In this document: positions 28,108 through 38,129 of the stretch, piece by piece
How the letters are laid out: each line of letters starts with the position of its first letter
Numbering within the stretch: position 1 is the stretch's first letter
Origin: a virus
Virus record (IMG/VR): IMGVR_UViG_3300022752_000035
Location: 1-64,000 of that record
Length of the DNA: 64,000 bases
Strand: one strand, 5' to 3'
Translations under genes and position numbers: made by a program
The notes under the pieces: model-generated
The model's input: only the letters and a program-made list of their open reading frames with translations
Told to the model about the DNA's origin: nothing
Database searches by the model: none

Positions 28108-28544
28108 TGCTTATAGCCCATAGAGGCAATTTTAATGGACCAAATTTAAAAGAAGAAAATACAATAAAATATATTGAGAATGCATTGAAAAATGGATTTG
28201 AAGTAGAAATTGATGTAAAAATGCATAAAAACAATATTTATAGTGGACATGATAAACCTATAGAGGTTTTAACTGAAAAATGGTTAAATAAATACTATAA
28301 AAAACTATGGATACATTGTAAAGACGCTCAAAGCCTAAAATATTTTGCAAATCATAATAAATACAATTATTTTTGGCATGAAGATGATGCTTTTACTATA
28401 ACGTCCAAAGGATTCATATTATCTCATATTGATAATAATATAAATAAATTATCAGGGAAATTTATTAAAATTAATTTTAATAACAAGAAAATAAATGGTA
28501 ATTTCGTTGGAATATTATCTGATTATGTTATATTATATAAATAA
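28104..28544 (+). CDS. Glycerophosphodiester phosphodiesterase-like protein
   Basis: LIAHRGN, ENT, VEIDV, GHD, LWIHCK, FWHEDD. Confidence 0.85.
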   Translation: MMLIAHRGNFNGPNLKEENTIKYIENALKNGFEVEIDVKMHKNNIYSGHDKPIEVLTEKWLNKYYKKLWIHCKDAQSLKYFANHNKYNYFWHEDDAFTITSKGFILSHIDNNINKLSGKFIKINFNNKKINGNFVGILSDYVILYK

Positions 28545-28882
28545 TGATAGATCTTTTAGTAGATGAAGCTTATGCATTTGATTATTTAAGCATTTTGCAT
28601 GTAAAAAAAGAATTAAACGAAAAAGTAGCCCCTAATTGGCATAATTGTTATATTCATATAGAAAAACAAATATCTAGCGATTTAATGAATAAAATTGTTA
28701 ATTCTCAAGAATATCATAATATGATAAACGCTAATAAAATAACTTTTGACGCAGTTGAAAAAGCTAGATATGGCAACATAACTGCAAAAGAAGTAGATGA
28801 AGCAAATATGTTAAGATATAAAAGAAAATTAGAATTACAAAACAAATTCTTTAATAATATATTAACGGAGATAAAAACTTAA
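28544..28882 (+). CDS. Hypothetical helical protein (DUF6165-like)
   Basis: DYLSILHVK...NMLRYKRK...EIKT pattern recalled from glycan-locus-associated proteins. Confidence 0.5.
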   Translation: MIDLLVDEAYAFDYLSILHVKKELNEKVAPNWHNCYIHIEKQISSDLMNKIVNSQEYHNMINANKITFDAVEKARYGNITAKEVDEANMLRYKRKLELQNKFFNNILTEIKT

Positions 28883-30042
28883 TGAGTTTAAACTTTATGG
28901 AAACATATTACGGAAAAAAAATAGATACTGCGAATATTCTGAATATAGATGATGCAAGCAAATTATTAGATGGCAGAAAAGTAGTAGTTATTACAGGCGT
29001 TACTGGACAAGATGGAAGTCATATGGTGGATTATTTATTGAAGCACACAAATTATATTATATTTGGTGGAGTCAGGAGATTAAGCGTGTATAATCACGAA
29101 AATATCAGACATATAGATTCTGATCGTTTTCATCTTATTAATTTTGACCTTACAGATGCCCACGCCATAGCAAGAACTGTAGAAAAATTAAAGCCAGATT
29201 ATTTTATCAATTTTGCAGCTCAAAGTTTTGTTGCAAGTAGTTGGGATTTTGCAAGACAAACTTGGGCTACAAATTCTACATCTGTATTAGACATATTAGA
29301 AGCTATTAGACTTTATAAACCATCTTGTAGATTATATCAAGCTGGATCTAGCGAAGAATTTGGAAATGTTATTTACTCTCCTCAAGATGAAAATCATCCA
29401 TTAAGGCCCAGAAGTCCATATGGAGCTAGTAAAGCTGCTTCACGACAATTAATTAAAGTATACAGAGAATCATATAATCTTTACGCTATACAAGGATGGC
29501 TATTTAATCACGAAGGTCCAAGAAGAGGAGAAGAGTTTGTAACAAGAAAAATTACTAAAAAAGTTGCTCAAATATTTAATGCAATTAAAAATGAACAACC
29601 ATTTACACCATTACAATTAGGAAATGTTGATGCCAAGAGAGATTGGAGTGATTCAGAAGACTTTATTGATGGCGTTTGGAGGATGTTGAATCAAGATAAG
29701 TATAATCCTAAATATGACGGTATTCCTAAAGAATATGTATTTTCATCAAATGAAACTCACACTATTAGAGAGTTTGTTGAATTAGCTTTTGCTTATTGTT
29801 ACATGATAGGAAAATGGGAAAATAAAACTGGTAAACCAGAAGATGAAAAATATTATGTTTATTTACAAAATAAACCAGTTTTAGTAGTAGAAATTAACCC
29901 AAAATTTTATCGTCCAGCAGAAGTTGAATTATTATTAGGTAATTCAAATAAAGCAAGAAACGAATTAGAATGGAAACCAAATATAACTTTTCCTATGCTA
30001 GTAGATAAAATGATACGAAATGATTTAGAGCAGTATGAATAA
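28882..30042 (+). CDS. gmd: GDP-mannose 4,6-dehydratase
   Basis: ITGVTGQDGS, AAQSFV, YQAGSSEEFG, PRSPYGASK, LFNHEGPRRGEEFVTRKIT, FYRPAEVELLLG. Confidence 0.95.
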   Translation: MSLNFMETYYGKKIDTANILNIDDASKLLDGRKVVVITGVTGQDGSHMVDYLLKHTNYIIFGGVRRLSVYNHENIRHIDSDRFHLINFDLTDAHAIARTVEKLKPDYFINFAAQSFVASSWDFARQTWATNSTSVLDILEAIRLYKPSCRLYQAGSSEEFGNVIYSPQDENHPLRPRSPYGASKAASRQLIKVYRESYNLYAIQGWLFNHEGPRRGEEFVTRKITKKVAQIFNAIKNEQPFTPLQLGNVDAKRDWSDSEDFIDGVWRMLNQDKYNPKYDGIPKEYVFSSNETHTIREFVELAFAYCYMIGKWENKTGKPEDEKYYVYLQNKPVLVVEINPKFYRPAEVELLLGNSNKARNELEWKPNITFPMLVDKMIRNDLEQYE

Positions 30043-30083
30043 TTTTGCTTGAATATAAAACTAATCTCTGATATTATACTTTA

Positions 30084-30428
30084 ATGGCTTTAAAAAAACA
30101 TTTAACACAATTTCAACTTTGTCGTTATATAATCAAAAAATTTGTAAAGTCTAAAAATATTGCTTGGGGTTACGAAATAAATCAAGCTAAAAAACTTATT
30201 ATTTTCGAAAAAAATCCATTATTTTGGTTTAAAATTAAATCTAAAAATTTGAAGTCTTTAGATTGGTTGTTGTCTTTTGAAGGTAAACAATTTTTAATTA
30301 ACCAAAAAATAACATTAATAGGCGTAAAAAATCAAAAAAAAATTTATAATCTAGAACAAAATAAGATAGGCGAAGATAAAGCTATTGATAATAAAAAAAT
30401 ATCTTTAATAGATTTTATAAAAAATTAA
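30084..30428 (+). CDS. Basic hypothetical protein
   Basis: 114 aa; TTGAAT-N17-TATTAT ends 6 nt before the ATG. Confidence 0.6.
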   Translation: MALKKHLTQFQLCRYIIKKFVKSKNIAWGYEINQAKKLIIFEKNPLFWFKIKSKNLKSLDWLLSFEGKQFLINQKITLIGVKNQKKIYNLEQNKIGEDKAIDNKKISLIDFIKN

Positions 30429-30432
30429 GATA

Positions 30433-31428
30433 ATGAAAAATCCAGAAGATATAATAATTTCTTTTTACAAAGATAAAGAAATCAGAGGAACTATGTATGA
30501 TTTTTCTCGTGAAATTAAAGCAATATATACCTTGCCAAAGCTCGGAGAAAATATATTATTGTCAAGTATTCCAGAAAAATGCTCTAAAGAATATAAAAAC
30601 ATAAATTTTTTAAATACAAATATTTATTCAGAATTCGTATTTTCAAGAAATCCATATTATACCGATCAGAAAGATGCAAGTTTTTTCAATATACAAAAGG
30701 CAAAGAATCCAGTTAATTTAGATCAAATTATATCGAATTTTAATTGTGGAAATGGTAATTCTTTGCAACAATTTTGTAGGGCTTTAGGACTTAATGTTGA
30801 TATTAAACCAAAGGGTAATTTATATATTCCTCAAAAAAATAAAAAACATAACACAATAGGACTTCATTTAGATTGTATAAGTGGAAAGTCTATTTTAGAT
30901 AAGTATACAAGAAATTTATATAAAGAGAATTTGCAAATATTGCAGCAATTTATTAATAATAACTCTCATAAATACCAATTTATTCAATTTGGACAAAGTT
31001 TAGGAAAAGATGAAATTAATAATAAAATAGGACTTCTAAATAATGTAGAAGACTATCTTGACAAGACTTTAGCCGAGACTGCTGAGAAAATCGCAGAATG
31101 TGAATATTTTATTTGCGTAAATAGCGCGTTTTATCACTTATCTATATCTTTAGATATAAAAACGATTTGCATTATTAGCTTACCATCAATTTACGATTGT
31201 TATTTACCCATATTAGTAAATGAAATGTTATTATGTAAACCCCCATTTTTAAGATGGGAAAAAAATTGTTTATATCCTCAAGCTGTTCACCTTCACCAAG
31301 ATGGAGAAAATCATTTAGTAAAAAAATTTTCAATAATTAATCTTGAAAAAGCTATAAATGGAGAAGTTTATCCATTTTGGAACGATAAATATTTAAATTT
31401 AATAAATGATTTTAAATTGACAAATTAG
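30433..31428 (+). CDS. GT9-like glycosyltransferase
   Basis: FIQFG, LAETAEKIAECEYFICVNSAFYHLS. Confidence 0.65.
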   Translation: MKNPEDIIISFYKDKEIRGTMYDFSREIKAIYTLPKLGENILLSSIPEKCSKEYKNINFLNTNIYSEFVFSRNPYYTDQKDASFFNIQKAKNPVNLDQIISNFNCGNGNSLQQFCRALGLNVDIKPKGNLYIPQKNKKHNTIGLHLDCISGKSILDKYTRNLYKENLQILQQFINNNSHKYQFIQFGQSLGKDEINNKIGLLNNVEDYLDKTLAETAEKIAECEYFICVNSAFYHLSISLDIKTICIISLPSIYDCYLPILVNEMLLCKPPFLRWEKNCLYPQAVHLHQDGENHLVKKFSIINLEKAINGEVYPFWNDKYLNLINDFKLTN

Positions 31429-31445
31429 TAAATTAATTTTATAAT
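31417..31445 (+). promoter_or_regulatory. Consensus sigma70 promoter for a leaderless recA mRNA
   Basis: TTGACA (31417), N17, TATAAT (31440-31445); ATG 6 nt later. Confidence 0.85.
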
Positions 31446-31451
31446 ATAATT

Positions 31452-32600
31452 ATGGCAAAAATTAAAGACAAAGATCAAGCGACAAATAGCGGAAATGCAT
31501 TATCAAATAATGAATATTTAAAATCTTTTTTAAAAGATAATAAAGAGGACCATTATAATTTCGAAGATGAAACTTATTATAAAGTATCATCTGGAAGTCT
31601 TAATTTAGATTTCGTTATGGGTGGAGGATTTTGCCCTGGATTGCATAGGTTTTTGGGCATGAATGAAGGCGGAAAGACAAGTGAAGCCTTGGAAGTCTTA
31701 AAGAATTTTTTGAATACAGTTCCAAACTCTAGAGGAGTCTTAATTAAAGCAGAAGGAAGACTATCTAAAGAAATTCAAGAAAGGTCTGGAGTCGTATTTG
31801 TAACAAACGCAGACGAATGGAAGGACGGAAATTGCTTTATCTTTGAATCAAATATATTTGAAACAGTCTCTGAATTAATGCTTGAATTAGTAAAAAATAA
31901 TCCAGAAAATAAAAAATATTTATTCATTTTAGATTCTGTTGATGGTTTAATGCCAAAAAATGACGCAGTTAAAACTCTTTCTGATGCAACAAAAGTAGCA
32001 GGAGGAGCAGTAATTTCATCAGTTTTAATGAAAAAAATGTCTATTGCTTTGTCTAAAAGAGGTCATATGGCAATATTTATAAGTCAAGTTCGTTCAGACA
32101 TTAAATTAGATCCATATGCAGCGAATAAAGATATTCGTCAAACTACAGCGACAGGTGGAAACGCTCTTTTGCATTTTGCAAATTGGATTTTAGAATTTGA
32201 ACCAAGGTTTAACAAAGATCTTATTCTTGAGAAACCAAATGAAAAATATGATCCAATTAAAAATAAAATTGTTGGTCATACAGCTAAACTTACAATTAAG
32301 AAATCTACAAATGAGACAACAAATCATAAAGTAGAATATCCTATTAAGCATGGACGAAAAAATGGTTCATCTATTTGGAGAGAGTATGAAATTATTGATC
32401 AATTAATCGCTTGGCAATTCGTAACAGCTAAAGGAGCCTGGATTACTATTGGAGATGAATTAATAAAAGAATTAAAAAATGCTGGGTTAGATTTAATTAA
32501 ACAACATCAAGGTATGGATAATTTCAGAAAATATTTAGAAGAAAATCCTAAAATAACAGAATATCTTTTTGATAAATATAAAAAACTTATACCTGCATGA
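31452..32600 (+). CDS. recA: RecA/UvsX-like recombinase
   Basis: SSGSLNLD, Walker A GMNEGGKTS, Walker B FILDSVD, IFISQVR, TGGNALLH. Confidence 0.9.
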   Translation: MAKIKDKDQATNSGNALSNNEYLKSFLKDNKEDHYNFEDETYYKVSSGSLNLDFVMGGGFCPGLHRFLGMNEGGKTSEALEVLKNFLNTVPNSRGVLIKAEGRLSKEIQERSGVVFVTNADEWKDGNCFIFESNIFETVSELMLELVKNNPENKKYLFILDSVDGLMPKNDAVKTLSDATKVAGGAVISSVLMKKMSIALSKRGHMAIFISQVRSDIKLDPYAANKDIRQTTATGGNALLHFANWILEFEPRFNKDLILEKPNEKYDPIKNKIVGHTAKLTIKKSTNETTNHKVEYPIKHGRKNGSSIWREYEIIDQLIAWQFVTAKGAWITIGDELIKELKNAGLDLIKQHQGMDNFRKYLEENPKITEYLFDKYKKLIPA

Positions 32601-33016
32601 GGTTATACAGTTTAAATGGTAGACTAGTTAATAAAAATGTCTCAAAGTATTTAATTGATTGGGATAAACCAAGCCGCAGTAAAATACAATTTAATGTAAA
32701 AAAATTTTTCGAACAATATTGGAAAAATCATATTGTTTATGAAGAGTTTCCTGTTTATGGATCTTTAATGAAAGTTGATTTATTAAATGCAACAAAACGA
32801 ATAGCCGTAGAAGTTAATGGCAATCAACATGAAAGCTTTAATGAATTTTTTCATTCAAATTCTAGAATGAACTATCTTCAAAGTATAAAAAGAGATTGCA
32901 AAAAAGCTCAGTGGTTGGAAAAAAATAATTTTAAATTTATTGAAATTTATGAAAAAGATTTAAAAAATTTATCACTCAATTTCTTTTCTCAAAATTTCGA
33001 TATTAACATATTTTAG
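32597..33016 (+). CDS. DUF559/Vsr-like endonuclease
   Basis: VYEEFP, KVDLL, IAVEVNGNQH, KRDCKK. Confidence 0.75.
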   Translation: MRLYSLNGRLVNKNVSKYLIDWDKPSRSKIQFNVKKFFEQYWKNHIVYEEFPVYGSLMKVDLLNATKRIAVEVNGNQHESFNEFFHSNSRMNYLQSIKRDCKKAQWLEKNNFKFIEIYEKDLKNLSLNFFSQNFDINIF

Positions 33017-33029
33017 TGTAAAATTTTAT

Positions 33030-33278
33030 GTGCAGAAAGATTTTCCGAAGTCATTGCTTGAAGCATTAAATGAAAACTCGTTTGGCGGATTTATTTTATT
33101 TAATTTTAATGCAGAAGGCGATCCACAAGTATTAACCAAATTTGATAATCAATTAAATGCTATGGCTCTACAACAATATGTTAATTATTGGGCAGAAGCA
33201 ATTAATTCGTTGAATATTGAATGCACAATGCAAAATATTGCAGATATTGGTAAAAAGAAGCGTAAGAAAAAAGAATAG
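33030..33278 (+). CDS. Small hypothetical protein
   Basis: 82 aa; GTGTAA 8 nt before the GTG. Confidence 0.6.
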   Translation: MQKDFPKSLLEALNENSFGGFILFNFNAEGDPQVLTKFDNQLNAMALQQYVNYWAEAINSLNIECTMQNIADIGKKKRKKKE

Positions 33279-33315
33279 TTGACTAAAAATTAAATACATA
33301 CTAAAATTATATAGT

Positions 33316-34806
33316 ATGCCCATATATTCAGTTCAAGTAGAGCGTCATGTTTTAGGTGGTCTCATTAGAAATCCAGAAGTATTTTTTGATGTATCAAGAT
33401 TTATATCTGAAAAAGATTTTTATAATGATGTGCACAGTACAATATTTTCTTGTATTAAAGATGAATTAAATAAAAATAATAAAATAGATAAAGTATTATT
33501 AGCGCAAAAGATTAAAAATCTTGGTATATCTTTCAAGGATGAGATTGATATATTCTCTTATATTGATGCTTTAGCTTTAACTCAAATTAATACTCAAGGT
33601 ACTTTAAATGCTTGCAAAGAATTAAGTAAAATTAAAGTAAGACGAGAACTATTTGAAACAGCAGAAAATGTTAAGAAATATGTAAAAGAGAATGCAGAAG
33701 ATGGAATTGATTCTATTGTTTCAAAAGTTGATGAAATTTATAATAATAAAGTAACTCAATATTATCTTGAAGGGGAACCAGTGAATCTTTTTGAAGAGAT
33801 GGAAAATATTATTGAAGAGATTGGTAATAATCCAAGAGAAGAAACTGGTTTAAGAACTCCATATAACAATTTTAATAATCTATATGGAGGTCTAAAACAA
33901 GGGAATATTTACGCTATAGTAAGTAGACCTGGACAAGGCAAAAGCACATGGCTTAATGATATATGTTACAAAACAGCCAACATGCATAATAAAAATACAA
34001 AAGCCCTTATTCTTGATACAGAAATGAGCACATTAGATACGCAAATGAGACTTGTTGCAAGTATATCTGGTGTTCCACTTTGGTTTATTGAAACTGGAAA
34101 TTGGAGAAAGAATCCAGAAATGATTCAAAAAGTTAGAGATGCATGGCCAAAGGTAAAAGGTATGACTCATTATCATTATCATGTAGCTAATAAAAATGTT
34201 GATGAAGTTGCTTCAATTATTCGTAGATGGTATTATACAAAAGTCGGTAGAGGCAATCAAGCTCTTATTGCTTATGATTATATTAAGCTAACTGGAGAAA
34301 AAGTCAGCCAAAATTGGGCAGAGCATCAAGCTATTGGTGAGAAAATTGATAAACTAAAAAGAATCTCAGAAGAAATAAAATGCCCTGTAGTTACGGCTAT
34401 GCAATTAAATAGAACAGGAGAAAACTTTAATAGAAATGCTCAACAAGTTACAGATGATAGCTCTGCTATTGCATTATCAGATCGTATGCAATGGTTTGCT
34501 TCATTTGTCGGAATATTTAGAAGAAAAACACAAGATGAAATTCAAGTTGATGGAGAACAATTTGGAACACATAAATTAATTGCAATTAAAACTCGATTTC
34601 AAGGAAGAGAAGGCACAGGTCATCACGATTTAGTTCGCAGAAGAGTAGGAGAAAATGAATTTAAATATTTTAATAATTATATAAACTTTGATGTTGGGAA
34701 TTTTAATGTAGAAGAAAGAGGAACTTTAAGAGAAATTGTTGACGCAGAGAATGAAAGACTTGATTTTGATCAAGACGGATCAAATGAAGATGGAGAATTA
34801 ATATGA
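33316..34806 (+). CDS. dnaB: Replicative DNA helicase DnaB
   Basis: ERHVLGGL, Walker A SRPGQGKST, LDTEM, YDYIKL, AMQLNR, IKTRF. Confidence 0.93.
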   Translation: MPIYSVQVERHVLGGLIRNPEVFFDVSRFISEKDFYNDVHSTIFSCIKDELNKNNKIDKVLLAQKIKNLGISFKDEIDIFSYIDALALTQINTQGTLNACKELSKIKVRRELFETAENVKKYVKENAEDGIDSIVSKVDEIYNNKVTQYYLEGEPVNLFEEMENIIEEIGNNPREETGLRTPYNNFNNLYGGLKQGNIYAIVSRPGQGKSTWLNDICYKTANMHNKNTKALILDTEMSTLDTQMRLVASISGVPLWFIETGNWRKNPEMIQKVRDAWPKVKGMTHYHYHVANKNVDEVASIIRRWYYTKVGRGNQALIAYDYIKLTGEKVSQNWAEHQAIGEKIDKLKRISEEIKCPVVTAMQLNRTGENFNRNAQQVTDDSSAIALSDRMQWFASFVGIFRRKTQDEIQVDGEQFGTHKLIAIKTRFQGREGTGHHDLVRRRVGENEFKYFNNYINFDVGNFNVEERGTLREIVDAENERLDFDQDGSNEDGELI

Positions 34807-35459
34807 ACGTAAAATTGATATCAGTAACTCAACCATATATTGATGGCGTAAAAAATGCAGAAGATTTAGTAGCTTATTGCGCTAGAGTAAGTAATCCATC
34901 TAATCAGATGAATACTGAAACAGCGCCAAAACTATTAGGATTTTTAATTAAACATAAACATTGGTCTCCATTTGAAATGGTTGATATGGTTTTAGAAATA
35001 AAAACAAGCAGAGCAGTTGCCGCTCAAATTCTTAGACACAGATCATTTTCATTCCAAGAATTTAGTCAAAGATATAGTCTTGCTACAGAATTTGAAGATA
35101 TTGAGTTAAGACTTCAAGGAGATAAAAATCGTCAAGTTGGAGAGAATCTTATGCCAGTAACAAGTCCAGCATATAAAAATGTAACAAATTTAATTGCAGA
35201 ATCTATTTCATTATCTCAACATTGTTATGAGACTATGATAGAAAATGGAGTAGCTAAAGAGGTGGCTAGGATGATTCTCCCATTGACCACAGAAACCACA
35301 ATGTATATGAAAGGCTCATTAAGAAGTTGGATTCATTATATTGATTTAAGAACCGAACAAAATACTCAAAAAGAACATAGGATAATTGCTGATAGATGTA
35401 AAAAAATCTTCATGAAAGAATTTCCAATCATAAGCGAAGCATTACAATGGAAAATATAA
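34803..35459 (+). CDS. thyX: FAD-dependent thymidylate synthase
   Basis: HWSPFE, RHRSFSFQEFSQRY, EVARMILP, TQKEH. Confidence 0.97.
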   Translation: MNVKLISVTQPYIDGVKNAEDLVAYCARVSNPSNQMNTETAPKLLGFLIKHKHWSPFEMVDMVLEIKTSRAVAAQILRHRSFSFQEFSQRYSLATEFEDIELRLQGDKNRQVGENLMPVTSPAYKNVTNLIAESISLSQHCYETMIENGVAKEVARMILPLTTETTMYMKGSLRSWIHYIDLRTEQNTQKEHRIIADRCKKIFMKEFPIISEALQWKI

Positions 35460-36379
35460 AAGAAATTTTATCTAATCTTGGCTACAATCTAAAAGAGTAT
35501 TCAAAAGAGTACCGCACAAAGCCTCTATATAGAGATTCAGATAATGAAAATGTTTTAGTTATATATAAAGACTCTGGTAAATGGGTAGATTTTAAGGAAA
35601 ATATAACAGGTAATCTTCAAGATCTAGTTAGAATGACTTTAAATCTTCAAGATAATGTTGAAGCAAAAGAATGGATAACTCAAAAATTACCAAATACAGA
35701 AACATATACAGTTTATAAAAAGCCACAAATTAAACAGGTAAAATGCTATTCATCTGATGTTCTAACTAAACTAGTTAAAGATCATTCATTTTGGCATAAA
35801 AGAAATATTAGTGATGAAACAATGAATATTTTTGAAGGTGGGATCTTAAAAGAAGGAAGAATGAAAGGCAGGTATGTTTTCCCTATTTTCGATAAAGAGC
35901 GTAAACTTATTGGGGTTGCAGGAAGAGATATTCTTAATAGAAATGAAAAGATGTGCCCAAAATGGAAATTAGTAGGAGATAAAGTGAATTGGAAATATCC
36001 ACTTCAAGTAAATGCAAATATTCTATCAGAGTCTAAAGAAGTTTTTCTAATTGAAAGTGTTGGAGATATGCTTAGTCTTTGGGAAGCAGGAATTAAAAAT
36101 ACAATTGTTACGTTTGGTATTAATTTAAATACTAGCGTTTTAAATACATTATTGATTTTAAATCCTAATAAAATTTATATTTCATTTAACAATGATGCAA
36201 ATAAAAATAATGCTGGTAATATAGCTGCAGAAAAGACTAAAGAGAAATTACTAAAGCATTTTGATAAACACCAAATTAAAATAGTTTTACCATCTAAGAA
36301 AGATTTTGGTGAAATGACTAAGGAAGAAATTTTACAATGGAAAGATATTAATTTTATGGAGCAAAAAGAGCGAAAGTAG
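35447..36379 (+). CDS. dnaG: DnaG-type primase (Toprim)
   Basis: GRYVFPIFD...LIGVAGR, PKW, VFLIESVGD, FNND, KDFGE. Confidence 0.82.
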   Translation: MENIKEILSNLGYNLKEYSKEYRTKPLYRDSDNENVLVIYKDSGKWVDFKENITGNLQDLVRMTLNLQDNVEAKEWITQKLPNTETYTVYKKPQIKQVKCYSSDVLTKLVKDHSFWHKRNISDETMNIFEGGILKEGRMKGRYVFPIFDKERKLIGVAGRDILNRNEKMCPKWKLVGDKVNWKYPLQVNANILSESKEVFLIESVGDMLSLWEAGIKNTIVTFGINLNTSVLNTLLILNPNKIYISFNNDANKNNAGNIAAEKTKEKLLKHFDKHQIKIVLPSKKDFGEMTKEEILQWKDINFMEQKERK

Positions 36380-36391
36380 TGTAAACATTAT

Positions 36392-37147
36392 ATGGGATAT
36401 ATCTATAAAATTACTAATTTAATCAATAATAAAAAATATATTGGTAAAACTACGGCCAAAAATGCAATTAGAAGATGGGTAGAGCATAAAAGTAAAGCGA
36501 AAAGAGATCCTAGGACACCTATAGAATTTGCTATTAAAAAATATGGATATAAAAATTTTAAATTTGGAATAATAGTAAAATCACGTAATAAAAACTTACC
36601 AAAATTAGAAACAAAATATATTATAAAATATAATAGTCTTGCACCAAATGGTTATAATTTAGAAATTTATCAACCTAATAGAATTTTAACTAAAGCATCT
36701 TTAGAAAAGATGAGTAGATCAAATCAAGGTAAAAGTAAAGCAAAAAATAAAACTTCTAAATATATTGGCGTTTATAGAGATAAAAATTCTATTCACGTAG
36801 AATTAAGACACAAAAATATCAAATATAAAAAAGCATTTTCTTCTGAAGCTAAAGCATCAATTGCTTACGATAAAATGGCATTATATTTATACGGTAAATC
36901 TGCTATTTTAAATCATAAGAATAAAAGAAATAAATGGATAAAACAAAATTTAAAAAAATTTTATAAATATTTTATTAAAAAAACTCCAATAGAAGAAACT
37001 AATTTATATTATGATCCTAAAAGAAAAAAATGGCAATCAAGATTAAGATTTAATAAAAAAATTTTTCATTTAGGAAGATTTCGTTCAAAAAAAGAAGCAG
37101 TCCAAGCAAAAATAAAAAAGATGAAAGAATTAAAAATTTATGTCTGA
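36392..37147 (+). CDS. GIY-YIG homing endonuclease with AP2-like DNA-binding domains
   Basis: GYIYKITNLINNKKYIGKT, PNGYN; SKYIGV...ASIAYD; KKWQSRL...HLGRFRSKKEA. Confidence 0.88.
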   Translation: MGYIYKITNLINNKKYIGKTTAKNAIRRWVEHKSKAKRDPRTPIEFAIKKYGYKNFKFGIIVKSRNKNLPKLETKYIIKYNSLAPNGYNLEIYQPNRILTKASLEKMSRSNQGKSKAKNKTSKYIGVYRDKNSIHVELRHKNIKYKKAFSSEAKASIAYDKMALYLYGKSAILNHKNKRNKWIKQNLKKFYKYFIKKTPIEETNLYYDPKRKKWQSRLRFNKKIFHLGRFRSKKEAVQAKIKKMKELKIYV

Positions 37148-38129
37148 TCAAAATAAAGTTTTATCGGCATCGAGAATAAAGACTTTAGAAATATGTTCTT
37201 GGACATATTGGAATCATTATCATAAAAAAATTCCTCAAAAACAAAATGATGGAAGTCTTAGGGGTACAATTTGCCATACAATTTTTGAACTTCTCTTGAA
37301 TAAGAAGCATAAAAAACATTTTAATTCTATAATTAAAAAGAATTCTATAAAAGGCAGTAAAGCTATAGAACGATTGGTTATTAAATTAATGAATCAGTCT
37401 CCATTAGATATGTCTAATTTTGAAGTTTTAGATGAAATGATATTAGTTGGCTTAAAGCATGATTTTTACGGAGAAGATGGTAAAATCGTATCTCCAGAGT
37501 ATGCATTTGAAATAAAGAGTGATAATCCAAAGTATCATGTTAAGGGCTTTATTGATAAGCCTATTAAAATGAAAAATAAAATGGTAATAGTTGATTATAA
37601 AAGCTCCAAGGCTAAATTTAGGGGTGATGACCTTGAAGCAAATATTCAAGCTATGATGTATAGTCTTGCGAGTAAAAAATTATGGCCTAAATTGAAGCCT
37701 ATTGTAAAGTTCTTATTTTTAAGATTCCCTAAACAACCCATACAAGAGCTTGAGTTTGATGATAATCAAATAAAAGGTTTTGAGTATTATCTAGAATATG
37801 TAAATGCTCACATTAATAACTTTGATATTAAAAGCGCAGAGTCTAATTTTGCTTCTGATAATCCTAAAAACAAATGGATGTGTGGAGTTGGTAATTGGAA
37901 ATGTCCATACAAAGATTCTTTCGAATATTATGTCAAATTAAATGATAAAAATGAAATTATAGAATCAAATTTTGATGGTAATTTTAAAGATGTCAAAGGA
38001 TTTAAAATAGAAAAAAGAAAATATAATGGTTGTCCAAGATTTAATAATATTTCAATTAACCAATCTTCTAATGATATTCTAGAAGAAATGTCTGGAAAAC
38101 CTAAAGATGATTTTGAAGATTTGGCTTGA
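37140..38129 (+). CDS. PD-(D/E)XK (RecB/Cas4-like) nuclease
   Basis: LSASRI...C, RGTICH, GFIDK, IVDYKSS, QAMMY, C-terminal Cys cluster. Confidence 0.85.
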   Translation: MSDQNKVLSASRIKTLEICSWTYWNHYHKKIPQKQNDGSLRGTICHTIFELLLNKKHKKHFNSIIKKNSIKGSKAIERLVIKLMNQSPLDMSNFEVLDEMILVGLKHDFYGEDGKIVSPEYAFEIKSDNPKYHVKGFIDKPIKMKNKMVIVDYKSSKAKFRGDDLEANIQAMMYSLASKKLWPKLKPIVKFLFLRFPKQPIQELEFDDNQIKGFEYYLEYVNAHINNFDIKSAESNFASDNPKNKWMCGVGNWKCPYKDSFEYYVKLNDKNEIIESNFDGNFKDVKGFKIEKRKYNGCPRFNNISINQSSNDILEEMSGKPKDDFEDLA

